Source of the DNA: a virus
IMG/VR virus record: IMGVR_UViG_3300043773_000921
Span: 1-64,000 of that record
Reading direction: 5' to 3' (one strand)
DNA length: 64,000 bases
This document shows, piece by piece, positions 1 through 10,584 of the stretch. Both the position numbers and the translations under genes were made by a program. Within the stretch, counting starts at the first letter, position 1; the number at the start of each line of letters is the position of its first letter. The notes beneath the pieces were generated by a model. It had not been told where the DNA came from and searched no databases. It worked only from the letters and a program-made list of their open reading frames with translations.

Positions 1-1638
1 TTGACTGTGGCCAGAACCATATGTTTCTACAACTTTTGTAGGAATAGATGGCCCCCATGAATAGCCACCTGTATTTGGTTGTTGAGTTGGTACTTGTTGA
101 TATTTCTTTAAAGTTTCTCCTGCAGTACCAAGAGCGTTTAATGCATTTGCTCCTTGCGATAATCCATAGTTTAAACCTTTTTGTACATTAGAAGCTAATC
201 CAGATAAAAAAGGAGATAAAAAATCTGGATCTTCAGGATCGCCTTCTGGTTTTCCACCGGGTCTAAACTTATTAAAATATTGGTTTGTTTTTCCACCATT
301 TCCCATTTCTTGTTTCTTAATCTTTTTTTCCTGTTCAAGCATCTGTTCTGTTGGTTTTTTTCCAGAACCTTTGTTTGCTCTAATATTATCCCATAATCCG
401 CGTTCAGAATACGAACCATCGGCGCGTTTAATCATAGCTCCATTTTTAGCAGTAATTGCATATGGATTTTTGTTGTTGTTTGACATAGATTTTTGATTTT
501 GTGCAAGAATCATTAAATTTTTAAACTTTTTATATCCTTCGTTTATTTCATCTTCTGTAAAATCTCTTCCTTTTTTGACTCTATCTTCTCCATAAATAGA
601 TTTAAGCATCATGTCAGATTCTTCATTTTTAAAATCATTTGGATTATCGCTGTATTGTTGAGGATTTATAATGTATTTAAAATGATCCAAACTAACATCG
701 TCTCCATATTTCCATGCTTTATTAAAGTTTACTTTATCAATAGGAGCATTTTCTAATAAGTTTTCTACCTGTCTTTTGCCTGCTTTTACTTCAGTAGGCA
801 TAGAGTAATAAGGATGAGGTACTGTATTTTCTTTTATTGTTTGTAAAGCAAAAGGTGTATGATTCCATACTGGAGCATAAAATGGTGTACCTTTATTATC
901 TCCATAATATTCTAAAGGGCTTTTATCGTTTGGAGAAGCAACATCACCAATATGCCCACCTATTTCATGCTGCATAGCAGACCTTGCAACATTTGGAAAC
1001 TGCAATAAACTGGGGTTAATACCAGCTTTAATCTTATTTTGTTTTTCTATTGATAATGCATAACCTTTTGATGGATCGTTTGGGTCAATTATTTTACCCA
1101 TTTCAGAATACTTAAAATCAGGTTTTATTAAACCTCTTACACTTGGTTTTTCAGTAAATAAATCATTAAAATTATCGTATTGATAATCTATGTTTTCGTA
1201 GTTTGCTATTCTGTTATTTCTTTCTTGTTCTATTTCACTTTCATTCCATCCTGACATTTTGCCTTCGTATGCGAACTTATTTTTAAAAGCATCACTGCTA
1301 ACTTTATTTTTTGCTTTTTGAAGTTCTTCATTATACATTTGAAGCATTTGTGTTCTTTTTTCCGCTTCAATAGGATCAACTGGATCTACAGGATTTGTTC
1401 TAGCAATACCACCAACTGACATCATTGGTGTCTCATAAACCATTTTGCCAGGAAACTGATATTCTTTATTTGGATACATCATTTGTCCATATCCGGTTTC
1501 ATCTTGTCCATACACAGGATAGTTAACTCCTTGCATTGTTATACTACCATTAGGAGTAGGAACAATAGTATCTTGTCCTGGATAATCCCATTGTCCTCTT
1601 TTGCTAACAATAGCTTTTCTGTTTAGATATGGATTCAT
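1..1638 (-). CDS. Virion cargo/ejection-type modular protein with zincin-like domain (3' end runs off the window; absent from the ORF track)
   Basis: ATG at 1638, 3 nt after the stop of the upstream gene. Open frame to base 1: MNPYLNRKAIVSKRGQWDYPG...AMQHEIGGHIG...PYYSMPTEVKAGKR... HEIGGH lies at 952-969. Confidence 0.85.
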   Translation of the reverse strand, partial: MNPYLNRKAIVSKRGQWDYPGQDTIVPTPNGSITMQGVNYPVYGQDETGYGQMMYPNKEYQFPGKMVYETPMMSVGGIARTNPVDPVDPIEAEKRTQMLQMYNEELQKAKNKVSSDAFKNKFAYEGKMSGWNESEIEQERNNRIANYENIDYQYDNFNDLFTEKPSVRGLIKPDFKYSEMGKIIDPNDPSKGYALSIEKQNKIKAGINPSLLQFPNVARSAMQHEIGGHIGDVASPNDKSPLEYYGDNKGTPFYAPVWNHTPFALQTIKENTVPHPYYSMPTEVKAGKRQVENLLENAPIDKVNFNKAWKYGDDVSLDHFKYIINPQQYSDNPNDFKNEESDMMLKSIYGEDRVKKGRDFTEDEINEGYKKFKNLMILAQNQKSMSNNNKNPYAITAKNGAMIKRADGSYSERGLWDNIRANKGSGKKPTEQMLEQEKKIKKQEMGNGGKTNQYFNKFRPGGKPEGDPEDPDFLSPFLSGLASNVQKGLNYGLSQGANALNALGTAGETLKKYQQVPTQQPNTGGYSWGPSIPTKVVETYGSGHSQ

Positions 1639-1641
1639 TAT

Positions 1642-4600
1642 TTAAGATATTGATTTATCATCATAAAAATTTTTATTGTTTTGTGCTAAAAGTTTAGATA
1701 ACATAATAAAGTTATTTGCTCTTTTTTTTCTTGCATTTTGTATTGCTTTGCTTTGATTTTTTTCATCTAATAATGCTTTATTATATGACTCTATATCAAC
1801 TCCTTCATCTTTAGCTTCTTTACGATATTCATCAAAAATATCCCAACCTTGATTAAAACTAGGTTCTGATAAATCATAATATTGTAAAACATTATTTGGA
1901 ACAAAAGTTTTTTCACCATTAAGCCATTTATTATATTCTTTTTCTAAATAATCATAATGTTTTTGATTCATTTTTTCACCAGGCTGAAGCATGCCTTCAT
2001 TTATAAAATACACTTCAGATGCTCTTTTTTTAGCAGCAGTTTCATAAGGCAATTGCAAATAATCCCAATGTGATGTATTGTATTCTCTTATTGTTTTACT
2101 TTCAAAAGGTGTCATATTATGCATTTTACCAGGATTATTAATGTATGGACTACGATATGGTTTCATTTCATCCTTATATGGTCTAAATTGTTGATAATGT
2201 TCTATTTCTTCAACAGCTGTTGCTATGTTTTCATCCATATTATGATCGTTTACCATCATAATATCTTTTATAAAATGATATTCTGGATTGCGTTTTTTAT
2301 CATATGTATTATTTATTTGATGTGACATCATGTATCCTAAAACACCTTGTTCATCTGCTTCTTTTTGACTTAATACACCAACTTTTTTATAATCAACATT
2401 TTGATTTCTTTGTTTTTCTAAATCATAAAAAAGACCATAAGGATTGTTAAACTGATAATCATATAATGATTGTTCTTTTTCTTTTAAATAATCATTATCA
2501 ACAATACCTATATGTGGATATTTTTTGCTACCAGGAACAAACATATAATCTGAAGATATATTTTTTTGATCATCATCTAATATATATTCAGATTCATTGA
2601 TAACATTTTCTAATGTTTGTTTATATCCTTCACTATCTTTAATAGCTTTCATTGTTTCTTTTGCTCTAAAAACTGCTTCGTTTTTTTTACCTTCATCTGT
2701 TTCTAAATTAAAATTTATATTTTCTGGCCTTACTTGTGCCCATGATTTAGATGGCATTGTAGTTCCTACAGAGTAAGCATTATTATCAGTTTTTAAAACA
2801 GTTTGTTTTGGTGCGTATCCTGTACCCCAATTATATGATGGAGTGTCTGTCATTTGTGCTGTAACAACTGCTTCTTCACCTGACCATCTAATAGGTATAC
2901 CATCTTTGTCTACATTCATTAGATTGCCAGAAGCATACATATCTCTATATTCCTTACTATCTGTATTTATTTTTTTACCATCAACTATAACTTCAGTGCC
3001 ATATTGTGCTTTTAAGTATGGGTTTATTTTACCACCTTGTTTGTATGTTTTTACAGTTGGCTTAATAAGATTACCATTTTTATCATATTTATTACCCGGT
3101 CTTTCATCGTGCCATCCTATTACAGATTCAGGATTTATGCTTTTAGCTCTTAAATATGGTGATAATTTTTTTGGTCTACTAAGATTCATATGAATAAATA
3201 AATGATCCATATTTATGTCAGGAGATATTTTTGCCATTTTAACAAGTTTACGCTTAGCCTCTTCTGGTGATTTAGATGACGCTATTTGTTGATACATTTC
3301 TGGAGTAAGCGTAACAGATCCCATAAACTTATCTTTGTCTGGAGTAAGACTTCTAATAAGTTTATTGCCAGGTTCATCTAAAACTGTATTATAAGTATAT
3401 CCTTGTGGTAATAATACATTATTTATATATCTACTTTCTCTTTCATGAATATCAGCCATTTCTAATAATTCTTTTCTAGAATCATAATATTTTCCAGCAT
3501 CTCCACCTACATCATTTAGATAACCTTTTTCTTTTGATAAATCTTTTTCAAAAAAATACAAAGTCGGAATATCATTATTTTTTAAATTATCATTATAATC
3601 GTCTCCATATCTTACAGCTAAATGACCTAATATAGAAGTTCCATCATCTACAGAACCAACTCCAGTTGACATCCATGCATTATTAGGATTATATCCCATT
3701 GCAAGTCCATCTGAACTGTTGTATGGAAATGGATTTGAACCAAATGATTTTCCTCTATAATCATTTAACAAATCGTCTTCTGTATTGTATAAAACATCTT
3801 CTATAGGAGGTAAACTTGGTTGTGTTATATTTATTCCAGTAGGTACAGTACTTTGCGGCTGACTTATATAAGGATTGTTAGAACCAGAACTCCAGTTATA
3901 ATTTAACCCTTGCGCATCTCTTTCTTTTTGAATCTCTCTTTGCTTTCTAGTATTATCAGTCATTTGATCCATAACAACCACTTCTTCTGTAGTCATTGTA
4001 GGCATTCCTTCTTCATCAACTCTCATAAGATTTCCAGAATTGTATAGTCTTCTGTATTCATCACTATCAATATCCATTTTTTTTCCATCGACTATTGCTG
4101 TACCATATTGAGCTTTTAAATATGGGTTTACTTGCGTGCCACTTCTAGCATAACCAGTATAGTCAGGTTTCATATTTTCTCTTGCGTCGTCAATACTCTG
4201 CATGGTATCTGTTGCAAGCTTTTTGTTTTCGTAACGATCTTTTTGTTTGGCGTATTTAACAGCATTTTTAATTAAATCAACTCCACCGCCAACAAGTGCT
4301 GAGATTCCACCTGTAGCTGCCATAAGAGCAGGATTAAGACCTACTTGCGTAAATGTTGCATCGCCAAAAAGATTTCCACCTAAGTTAGGTTTTGACATAC
4401 CTACTCTAGGGTCGTACTTATCTTGCATCCCTGCTTTAGCAAGACCAGATACTAAACCTACTCCTGCACCAGCTATTGCTGATGTTGCCTGACCTTTATC
4501 GCTTTTAAAAAACTCTTTGCCATTAAATCCCATTTTTCCCCAATCACCTAACACATCACTTTTTAGTCCATTGTCAGCAACATTTTCTGCAACTGGCACT

Positions 4601-5241
4601 CCTTCTACGGATGGTTTATTAAACATATTTGTCAACCAGTTTCCACCTCCTGCTTGTTCTGCTGTTGATGTTGGTACTATTTCTGTTGCTCCTGTTGTTT
4701 GAGGCACTGTTACTTGTGCTTGATTTGGAGTAGTTGTATTTGACATCCATGGCGGAGTATTATTCATTAGTTGATTTTGAATAGCTAAATATGGATTTCC
4801 GTATTTAGAGCTATCCTCTTTTGCTAAATCATAAGCATTTAATGTTCTACCCTTATATGGACTTCCTATTAAAGGCATTCCACCTGTAGTCATAGCAGTG
4901 CTAGGGTAAAACTGATTGCCAGCTTTAAATCCTAAACCTTTATCTGTAAACTCATAGTTTAACTTGTCTTGTGGGTTATACTGATTTGTTGATGTTGCAT
5001 CTCCTTGTGCTATAGATACTTTTTGTTCATTACTCAATGGGCCTGCAGTAGGTGGTTTTATTACACCTTGTTGAACAGATTGCTGCTGTTGTGTAAATGT
5101 TTGTTGTGCAGATACAAATGGATTATTACCAAATTGATTGTACATCGACATTTGATTATTGTATTGCTCTTGTGTTGCCGGAACAAATACACCATTCTGA
5201 AAATATCCAGTTTGTCCGTTGTGCGTAATAAATGGAGGCAT
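1642..5241 (-). CDS. Large modular virion cargo protein (Q/N-rich N-terminus, Gly/Ala hydrophobic segments, internal duplication, degenerate zincin domain)
   Basis: 1199 aa, directly after the tail stabiliser, where crAss cargo genes lie. Contains AIAGAGVGLVSGLA and ALMAATGGISALVGGG segments, two NPYLKAQYGT repeats and EEIEH...PYETAAKKR. Confidence 0.7.
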   Translation of the reverse strand: MPPFITHNGQTGYFQNGVFVPATQEQYNNQMSMYNQFGNNPFVSAQQTFTQQQQSVQQGVIKPPTAGPLSNEQKVSIAQGDATSTNQYNPQDKLNYEFTDKGLGFKAGNQFYPSTAMTTGGMPLIGSPYKGRTLNAYDLAKEDSSKYGNPYLAIQNQLMNNTPPWMSNTTTPNQAQVTVPQTTGATEIVPTSTAEQAGGGNWLTNMFNKPSVEGVPVAENVADNGLKSDVLGDWGKMGFNGKEFFKSDKGQATSAIAGAGVGLVSGLAKAGMQDKYDPRVGMSKPNLGGNLFGDATFTQVGLNPALMAATGGISALVGGGVDLIKNAVKYAKQKDRYENKKLATDTMQSIDDARENMKPDYTGYARSGTQVNPYLKAQYGTAIVDGKKMDIDSDEYRRLYNSGNLMRVDEEGMPTMTTEEVVVMDQMTDNTRKQREIQKERDAQGLNYNWSSGSNNPYISQPQSTVPTGINITQPSLPPIEDVLYNTEDDLLNDYRGKSFGSNPFPYNSSDGLAMGYNPNNAWMSTGVGSVDDGTSILGHLAVRYGDDYNDNLKNNDIPTLYFFEKDLSKEKGYLNDVGGDAGKYYDSRKELLEMADIHERESRYINNVLLPQGYTYNTVLDEPGNKLIRSLTPDKDKFMGSVTLTPEMYQQIASSKSPEEAKRKLVKMAKISPDINMDHLFIHMNLSRPKKLSPYLRAKSINPESVIGWHDERPGNKYDKNGNLIKPTVKTYKQGGKINPYLKAQYGTEVIVDGKKINTDSKEYRDMYASGNLMNVDKDGIPIRWSGEEAVVTAQMTDTPSYNWGTGYAPKQTVLKTDNNAYSVGTTMPSKSWAQVRPENINFNLETDEGKKNEAVFRAKETMKAIKDSEGYKQTLENVINESEYILDDDQKNISSDYMFVPGSKKYPHIGIVDNDYLKEKEQSLYDYQFNNPYGLFYDLEKQRNQNVDYKKVGVLSQKEADEQGVLGYMMSHQINNTYDKKRNPEYHFIKDIMMVNDHNMDENIATAVEEIEHYQQFRPYKDEMKPYRSPYINNPGKMHNMTPFESKTIREYNTSHWDYLQLPYETAAKKRASEVYFINEGMLQPGEKMNQKHYDYLEKEYNKWLNGEKTFVPNNVLQYYDLSEPSFNQGWDIFDEYRKEAKDEGVDIESYNKALLDEKNQSKAIQNARKKRANNFIMLSKLLAQNNKNFYDDKSIS
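2845..4128 (-). repeat. Two diverged ~60-codon internal repeats (3955-4128 and 2845-3024)
   Basis: NPYLKAQYGTAIVDGKKMDIDSDEYRRLYNSGNLMRVDEEG..QMTD versus NPYLKAQYGTEVIVDGKKINTDSKEYRDMYASGNLMNVDKDG..QMTD. Confidence 0.9.
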
Positions 5242-5243
5242 AG

Positions 5244-8200
5244 CTATGCAAATGAAAGGTTAAAATAAGTCATTAGTTCTCGTACCCAAAGTTCTTTGTC
5301 GCCATCGTATTCTAGTTCTACAATAAGATAACGACCGCGCATTGGTGTTTTGTCAAATCCAAAGTCATCGTAAATGTTTAGTTCTGGTTCCTTAATATTG
5401 TCTGCTCTGCGTATCGGCAATCTCCATTCGTTTTCTCTATATGTTGGCGCGTACCAAAACTCGTTTGTTGGTTGGAAAGGTCTCTGCTCTGCTACCTGAT
5501 GTTGCGTTTCAAACTTAATAGCACTAAACACTCTATTGTTACTTGTAATAACGATATTGTCGTAATGCTTAGTAATCTCAGCTCCTTCGGCAACAGATAC
5601 TTTTATTTTCCAAATATCTTGAAGATTATAGAAGTTGTCGTACTTATCTTTAACATCATGTAACCAGGCTTTATTGTCAACAAAACTATAAAGGTCTTCC
5701 TCTACCTGTGCATACATATTTGGCTTGTACCCATGAGTACCCAAGAATGTGTCCATCTCTTCTGAAAAAGCAATAGTCTTTGTTTCTACACCAAGTTTTA
5801 ATGTCCAAATAACTTCCTTGTATTTTCTATTGTACACACCATGTATGCCTAGTCCGCACGTATGAGCGTTTGGCAATATTTCAAGCGCATCACTATATCC
5901 AGTAGAACCAAGTGCAACTATTCTTCTAAACCATGACTGTACTCCTTTTTCTACATCAAGCATTTGAACTTCTCCACCGGCAACTCTAAGCACTGCACGT
6001 TTGTTCCAGTCAATGCAATATAATGCCTGGTTAGCTTTAATGACTCCAAATCTATGCTGAGTACCATATCCTCTTTTAATAACTTGTCTGTATTCTGTAA
6101 GTCCAGTAGACTGCCCTAATATAGCTGTGCTGCCTGCTGTACTTTGCTGTGTGACACGTTCGTTGATTGGATGAAGGTTTATTGCTCTATTCTGAAAAGA
6201 ATACAAGTAATCAAACATTACGGCTAATGCTTGTATTTCTCCAGCTTCATAGTCAAAGTCTTTTGCGTCGGCTGGAACAAACTGTCTATACCCATCACGA
6301 ACGGCACCAAAGATATGTTTAAGACTAGGTCTTATTCTAGTTGGAAATCTGTTGTCACTTAACGGCTGCAACAAATCAATACCTACTCCTGCGCGCGGGC
6401 CCAAGTATTCTGACATTCCTTTGTTATAAAAGAAACTTTCTGGACTATCATATATCCAAGCAAAGTCAATACCCGGGTTTAATGGATTAGTTTTTGGATA
6501 GAAATAGTTTCTACCAAGTTCGTATCTATAGTTTGGATTATATTTGTTTTCAGTTACAACACTTACCCAGTGACCATAACCTTTTTGAAGTGCTTCTGTT
6601 GCTTCTTCTGCATTAGTTATGTCAACTGTTTGAGATCCTACACCTTCTACATTAGCAAGTACATCATAAAAAAACTGACTAATATTTTCATTACTAGCGT
6701 TTTGAAGTTTTAAATATGTTCTTGATACAACACAATCTCCACGATAATAAGTATGCTGTGCTGATGCTAAAAAATCTGTTATGTTTTGAAACTTACCTAT
6801 TGGGTAAAATTCTGTGTTTTTAAAGTCGTAAAAATCATTGTAGTTTAATGTATTTGGATTTGCTATGTAAGTATTAACTATTGATCTATTCCACGAATCT
6901 ATAAAATGATTGTATTCCGTTCCAAATGGTGCATTATATACTGGTGCGTTTGTTATAGCAACATAATCGGAAGTTGCAACTGGTAAACTTATTTCATAAT
7001 CTTTTACATTTGGATATAAATCATGACCAACTTCATAATAATATAAACCATCTTGACTTGCTATTTTTCCTTCATCAAAACGAGATACAAATCTTGTATT
7101 GGGTACTGCAGTCCAACCAACTATATTTAAACAATTAGCATTAAATCCTTCTGGTACTACTAAGTTTAATCCATTTTGGTTATATCCCAAAAATGTTTGC
7201 ACAACACCTTTGTTAGGTGCATTTGCTCCATTATACACAGGATCAAAATTTTCCCATAATGGTAATATAGGCCCAGGGTCTGTTGCGTTTTGTTTCCAGT
7301 TTCCAACTGCAGATCTATTGTTTATTGCAATAGGATTTAAAGAAGAAGATTCTCTATTCCAATGATTGGCATATTGTGTTGTAGCTAATAACTCTATATA
7401 AGAATTATCTGGAACATTTTCTCTACCTACGTAATAATCTGTTGAAAATATTGCCAAACTATTTGGTTCAATAAAGTCATTTCTTTGTTTCATATTATAT
7501 GGTCTAGCATAATGAAACCATTTATTTACAATGTCAGGTATTACTGCCGTCCATTGACTATAAAAAAAATAACTAGCTGGTTCAAACAATGGTATAATTC
7601 TATCTGTTTTCCAATCTTCTTCTGTGCTATAATTTAAAAAAGAATTATTATATTCAAATACAGTACCATTATTGTTATAAACATAAAAATTTGGTATATC
7701 ATCATATTTGCTAATATTAGGACTTATCTTTCCATTGTAACAACGAAGACTAAGTCCTTGAAATAAAAGATTTGGTTTGCGTTCTGCTCTAGTTACATAT
7801 ACACCTTCAAGATTTTCTTGCAACCATAAAGATGTGTTGTAGATTGTAGCAGCACCAGATGTATTTACATTGATACCTTTTATAAAAGTATTTGTGCCAT
7901 CATATGCCGGCGCATTGAAGTATCTTCTAAATCTAAACTTACCTTGGTTATTACTATTTGACATTAAACCAAGGTAGTTATCGTAGCCTGTTATTGGATA
8001 TGGCAGTCCAGTAAATCCACCTTTAAATACAGGAACAATGGCAAAGCAATAAGTTTCTCCAGAGAAGTAACCTACTTTTTCTTCTGTATCGTTTCCATCA
8101 ATAGAGTACGGATTATTATTTACATCAGTTCTTATTTCATCGGCCGGGCCATTGTTTTGATAGTTTTCTGATAAAGTAAGCGCACACATAAACTTACGCA

Positions 8201-9320
8201 AATCTGGATGATCTAATACCGGGCCTCTTGTGTTTGCAAGAAAAAATGTGTTAAATGCCTGTGCTATGTCTTTGCAATAAAGTGCATCGCTTGGCTTGTA
8301 TAAAACTAGTTCATCAATAGTAAGTGCTATAAGTGGTTCATTTCCAGTGATACTTACACCTACTTGCGGACTACCATTTATGCTAAATCTTTTATCAATA
8401 AGAAAACATTCAAAGGTGTCTTGACCAAAATAACGTATGTAACCAATCTCTATGAATGGTATATTTACATCAAGACCTGACACTAAAAGATTAACAGACT
8501 TATTAGACAAATCATCTGATTCACCAGTTGATGTTACAACTGCCGATCCTGCATTATTACTAACAAATAACGGAACAGGGCCAGATTGACTCAGAAAAGA
8601 TGTGGTTAGATAGTTTAAGTCTGTGTACCTGACAAAGAAAAAATAGTTTCCTACTTTTAAACTTCCAGAGCCGTAGTTTTGAAAATCAACTATTGGGTGA
8701 TTAGAGTTTTCATTAATGCCGTTTATGTAACCAGACTGTATCATACCGGCAGTTACATATCGATTATTTGGCGCACCAGTTCTTAGTACAAATCCATTAT
8801 TGATGCTACGCCATGGCAAATTGTCGTCAGTCCAATAAAGATTAACAGAACCATCAAAATCTAATCTTGCTTCAACCCGCAATGGTTTGTCGCATTTAAA
8901 TCCAAGTAATGGAGTAGTAAACTCACCAAGATTGGTAACTGTTGATACAAGGCAAGACTCATCAATGTCTGGTATGTATATTTGGGCAGTATAGTTTCTT
9001 AATGGCCTATAATCTCTGGTTATATAGTTTGTTGTTGGGTCAGGAGAAGGATAAGAACCAATCTCACAAAAACTTGTAGATGGATTGTATGAAAAAATAA
9101 AAAGGAATCCATCAAACTCGACAGACCCTATTGGAACGTAATTTTCTTTAAGTTGAAATGTTTCTTCGTTACCTTTTATGTTTGCGGCCCAAAGAGTTCC
9201 TTCTTCCCTACGAGCAAGCCTTATGTTATGACCGTCAAGATAAATATCTTGTGATCTATCGGTAAGGCTCATATCTGAGTTTAAGCCCTTATAGAATCTG
9301 TTTACAGTGGGCTGTGCCAT
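5244..9320 (-). CDS. Tail stabilisation/muzzle protein (P22 gp10-like, crAss Tstab)
   Basis: 1358 aa. N-terminal NRFYKGLNSD...NIKGN and C-terminal PMRGRYLIVEL are typical of crAss Tstab. Follows the tail tube gene. Confidence 0.8.
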   Translation of the reverse strand: MAQPTVNRFYKGLNSDMSLTDRSQDIYLDGHNIRLARREEGTLWAANIKGNEETFQLKENYVPIGSVEFDGFLFIFSYNPSTSFCEIGSYPSPDPTTNYITRDYRPLRNYTAQIYIPDIDESCLVSTVTNLGEFTTPLLGFKCDKPLRVEARLDFDGSVNLYWTDDNLPWRSINNGFVLRTGAPNNRYVTAGMIQSGYINGINENSNHPIVDFQNYGSGSLKVGNYFFFVRYTDLNYLTTSFLSQSGPVPLFVSNNAGSAVVTSTGESDDLSNKSVNLLVSGLDVNIPFIEIGYIRYFGQDTFECFLIDKRFSINGSPQVGVSITGNEPLIALTIDELVLYKPSDALYCKDIAQAFNTFFLANTRGPVLDHPDLRKFMCALTLSENYQNNGPADEIRTDVNNNPYSIDGNDTEEKVGYFSGETYCFAIVPVFKGGFTGLPYPITGYDNYLGLMSNSNNQGKFRFRRYFNAPAYDGTNTFIKGINVNTSGAATIYNTSLWLQENLEGVYVTRAERKPNLLFQGLSLRCYNGKISPNISKYDDIPNFYVYNNNGTVFEYNNSFLNYSTEEDWKTDRIIPLFEPASYFFYSQWTAVIPDIVNKWFHYARPYNMKQRNDFIEPNSLAIFSTDYYVGRENVPDNSYIELLATTQYANHWNRESSSLNPIAINNRSAVGNWKQNATDPGPILPLWENFDPVYNGANAPNKGVVQTFLGYNQNGLNLVVPEGFNANCLNIVGWTAVPNTRFVSRFDEGKIASQDGLYYYEVGHDLYPNVKDYEISLPVATSDYVAITNAPVYNAPFGTEYNHFIDSWNRSIVNTYIANPNTLNYNDFYDFKNTEFYPIGKFQNITDFLASAQHTYYRGDCVVSRTYLKLQNASNENISQFFYDVLANVEGVGSQTVDITNAEEATEALQKGYGHWVSVVTENKYNPNYRYELGRNYFYPKTNPLNPGIDFAWIYDSPESFFYNKGMSEYLGPRAGVGIDLLQPLSDNRFPTRIRPSLKHIFGAVRDGYRQFVPADAKDFDYEAGEIQALAVMFDYLYSFQNRAINLHPINERVTQQSTAGSTAILGQSTGLTEYRQVIKRGYGTQHRFGVIKANQALYCIDWNKRAVLRVAGGEVQMLDVEKGVQSWFRRIVALGSTGYSDALEILPNAHTCGLGIHGVYNRKYKEVIWTLKLGVETKTIAFSEEMDTFLGTHGYKPNMYAQVEEDLYSFVDNKAWLHDVKDKYDNFYNLQDIWKIKVSVAEGAEITKHYDNIVITSNNRVFSAIKFETQHQVAEQRPFQPTNEFWYAPTYRENEWRLPIRRADNIKEPELNIYDDFGFDKTPMRGRYLIVELEYDGDKELWVRELMTYFNLSFA

Positions 9321-9962
9321 TTATCTTAAGTTAAAAAACTGAGCATTACGCAGCATCCATGCTGTGCTTTCCATATCATCAATACTAAGTTGTCTAGTGT
9401 CGCCTATTGCTACTTGGAAATGATTAGCAGCTTCCTCTTCAAATAATCCATAAACATCAGGTCGCATCTTTCCTCTAACTAGTTCATCGCGCGCGAGTAT
9501 TCTTATTACTTCATACGCACAATAATCTAACTGGCTTGGCGATATCTGTATCTCTTGGCAACTCTGTCCATTTTCATCAGTTACCTCTACTGTTGGAACA
9601 GCATAGTAATCAATATAAATAGTTCCCTCTCTTAACCAGGATGGTTTAATATGTGTGTTTGTTTTATCGTATCGGCCGAAAGATTTTAATCTTGTTGACT
9701 CCATTGCATCACCGGTTCTGGCGCCATGACTATTATCTCCGTACGCGCGTAACAATCTGAGTAGGTCGCATGGGAGTTCGCCAATGCCATTTGTTACTTG
9801 AACAGGCACAGCAGCTTTTGTAATCATTGATATTGCAGCTCTAGAATCTATTGCACACTTATAAACCAATCTCTTAATTCTTGGGAGATTTGACGACACG
9901 TCTATAAAGTCCGCTAAGTCTGTTATGCGCTGCAATACGTTCCTGTATGTCAATACTTTCAT
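9321..9962 (-). CDS. Tail tubular/ring protein (P22 gp4-like)
   Basis: 213 aa, GELPCDL...GTIYIDYYAVP pattern. Sits between the IHF-like gene and Tstab. Confidence 0.7.
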   Translation of the reverse strand: MKVLTYRNVLQRITDLADFIDVSSNLPRIKRLVYKCAIDSRAAISMITKAAVPVQVTNGIGELPCDLLRLLRAYGDNSHGARTGDAMESTRLKSFGRYDKTNTHIKPSWLREGTIYIDYYAVPTVEVTDENGQSCQEIQISPSQLDYCAYEVIRILARDELVRGKMRPDVYGLFEEEAANHFQVAIGDTRQLSIDDMESTAWMLRNAQFFNLR

Positions 9963-10584
9963 ATTCTCTTTTTTTAAGAATGTACGCGTTCTTTAGCTTT
10001 CTTTTTAGTTCGTTTTCTAGTATTACTAATGGATAATAATCTGAAATGCGCTCTATCGTTCCTGGAACTATTGAAAGAATAAGATTCTCAAAGTTAGTAA
10101 AAATACCTTTATCTTTAAACACTCCTATTTTAAAATATCCTTCAAGTGTACGATTATTTGTTTTAGTTGCTGCAAATGTAATCTTATTGCCAGTTTCTAT
10201 CATGTCATCAATAAGCAACTTTATCAACAAATCAGCCAAGTACATTACAAACTTTTTCTTCTTTCTTTCAAACATTCCCTTTGGCTGTGTATCTGTATCT
10301 GGCAGCCATTTTCGCTTCATAAACCTACCTAACTTTCCAATGCGCACTGCTCGATGCAGGTTTCTTTTTTTGTCGTAATCCCAGTTGTTTTCGTCAAAGA
10401 ATATCCTATAGTTTATGTTATCAAAGTTGTCAATCTTTCTGTTTAACCTATATCTTTTTCTTCTTATGTTATAGTTTGTTCCGTGATTTCTATATGCTCT
10501 TTTCCTTGTTGTTAACTTCCTTTTTGAGATTCCCAAGGGTCTGTATACCACAGTCCACCCTCTCTCGGTATTGATCTTTTCCAT
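9874..10584 (-). CDS. Basic IHF/HU-like DNA-binding protein
   Basis: K/R-rich. LIKLLIDDMIETGNKITF...LEGYFKI resembles the HU/IHF core. Conserved crAss position. Start codon uncertain. Confidence 0.55.
   Translation of the reverse strand: MEKINTERGWTVVYRPLGISKRKLTTRKRAYRNHGTNYNIRRKRYRLNRKIDNFDNINYRIFFDENNWDYDKKRNLHRAVRIGKLGRFMKRKWLPDTDTQPKGMFERKKKKFVMYLADLLIKLLIDDMIETGNKITFAATKTNNRTLEGYFKIGVFKDKGIFTNFENLILSIVPGTIERISDYYPLVILENELKRKLKNAYILKKREYESIDIQERIAAHNRLSGLYRRVVKSPKN

Noticed and set aside
195-419. 74-aa ORF from the track
   Set aside because: Out-of-frame shadow inside the long ORF that runs from 1638 to the window edge.
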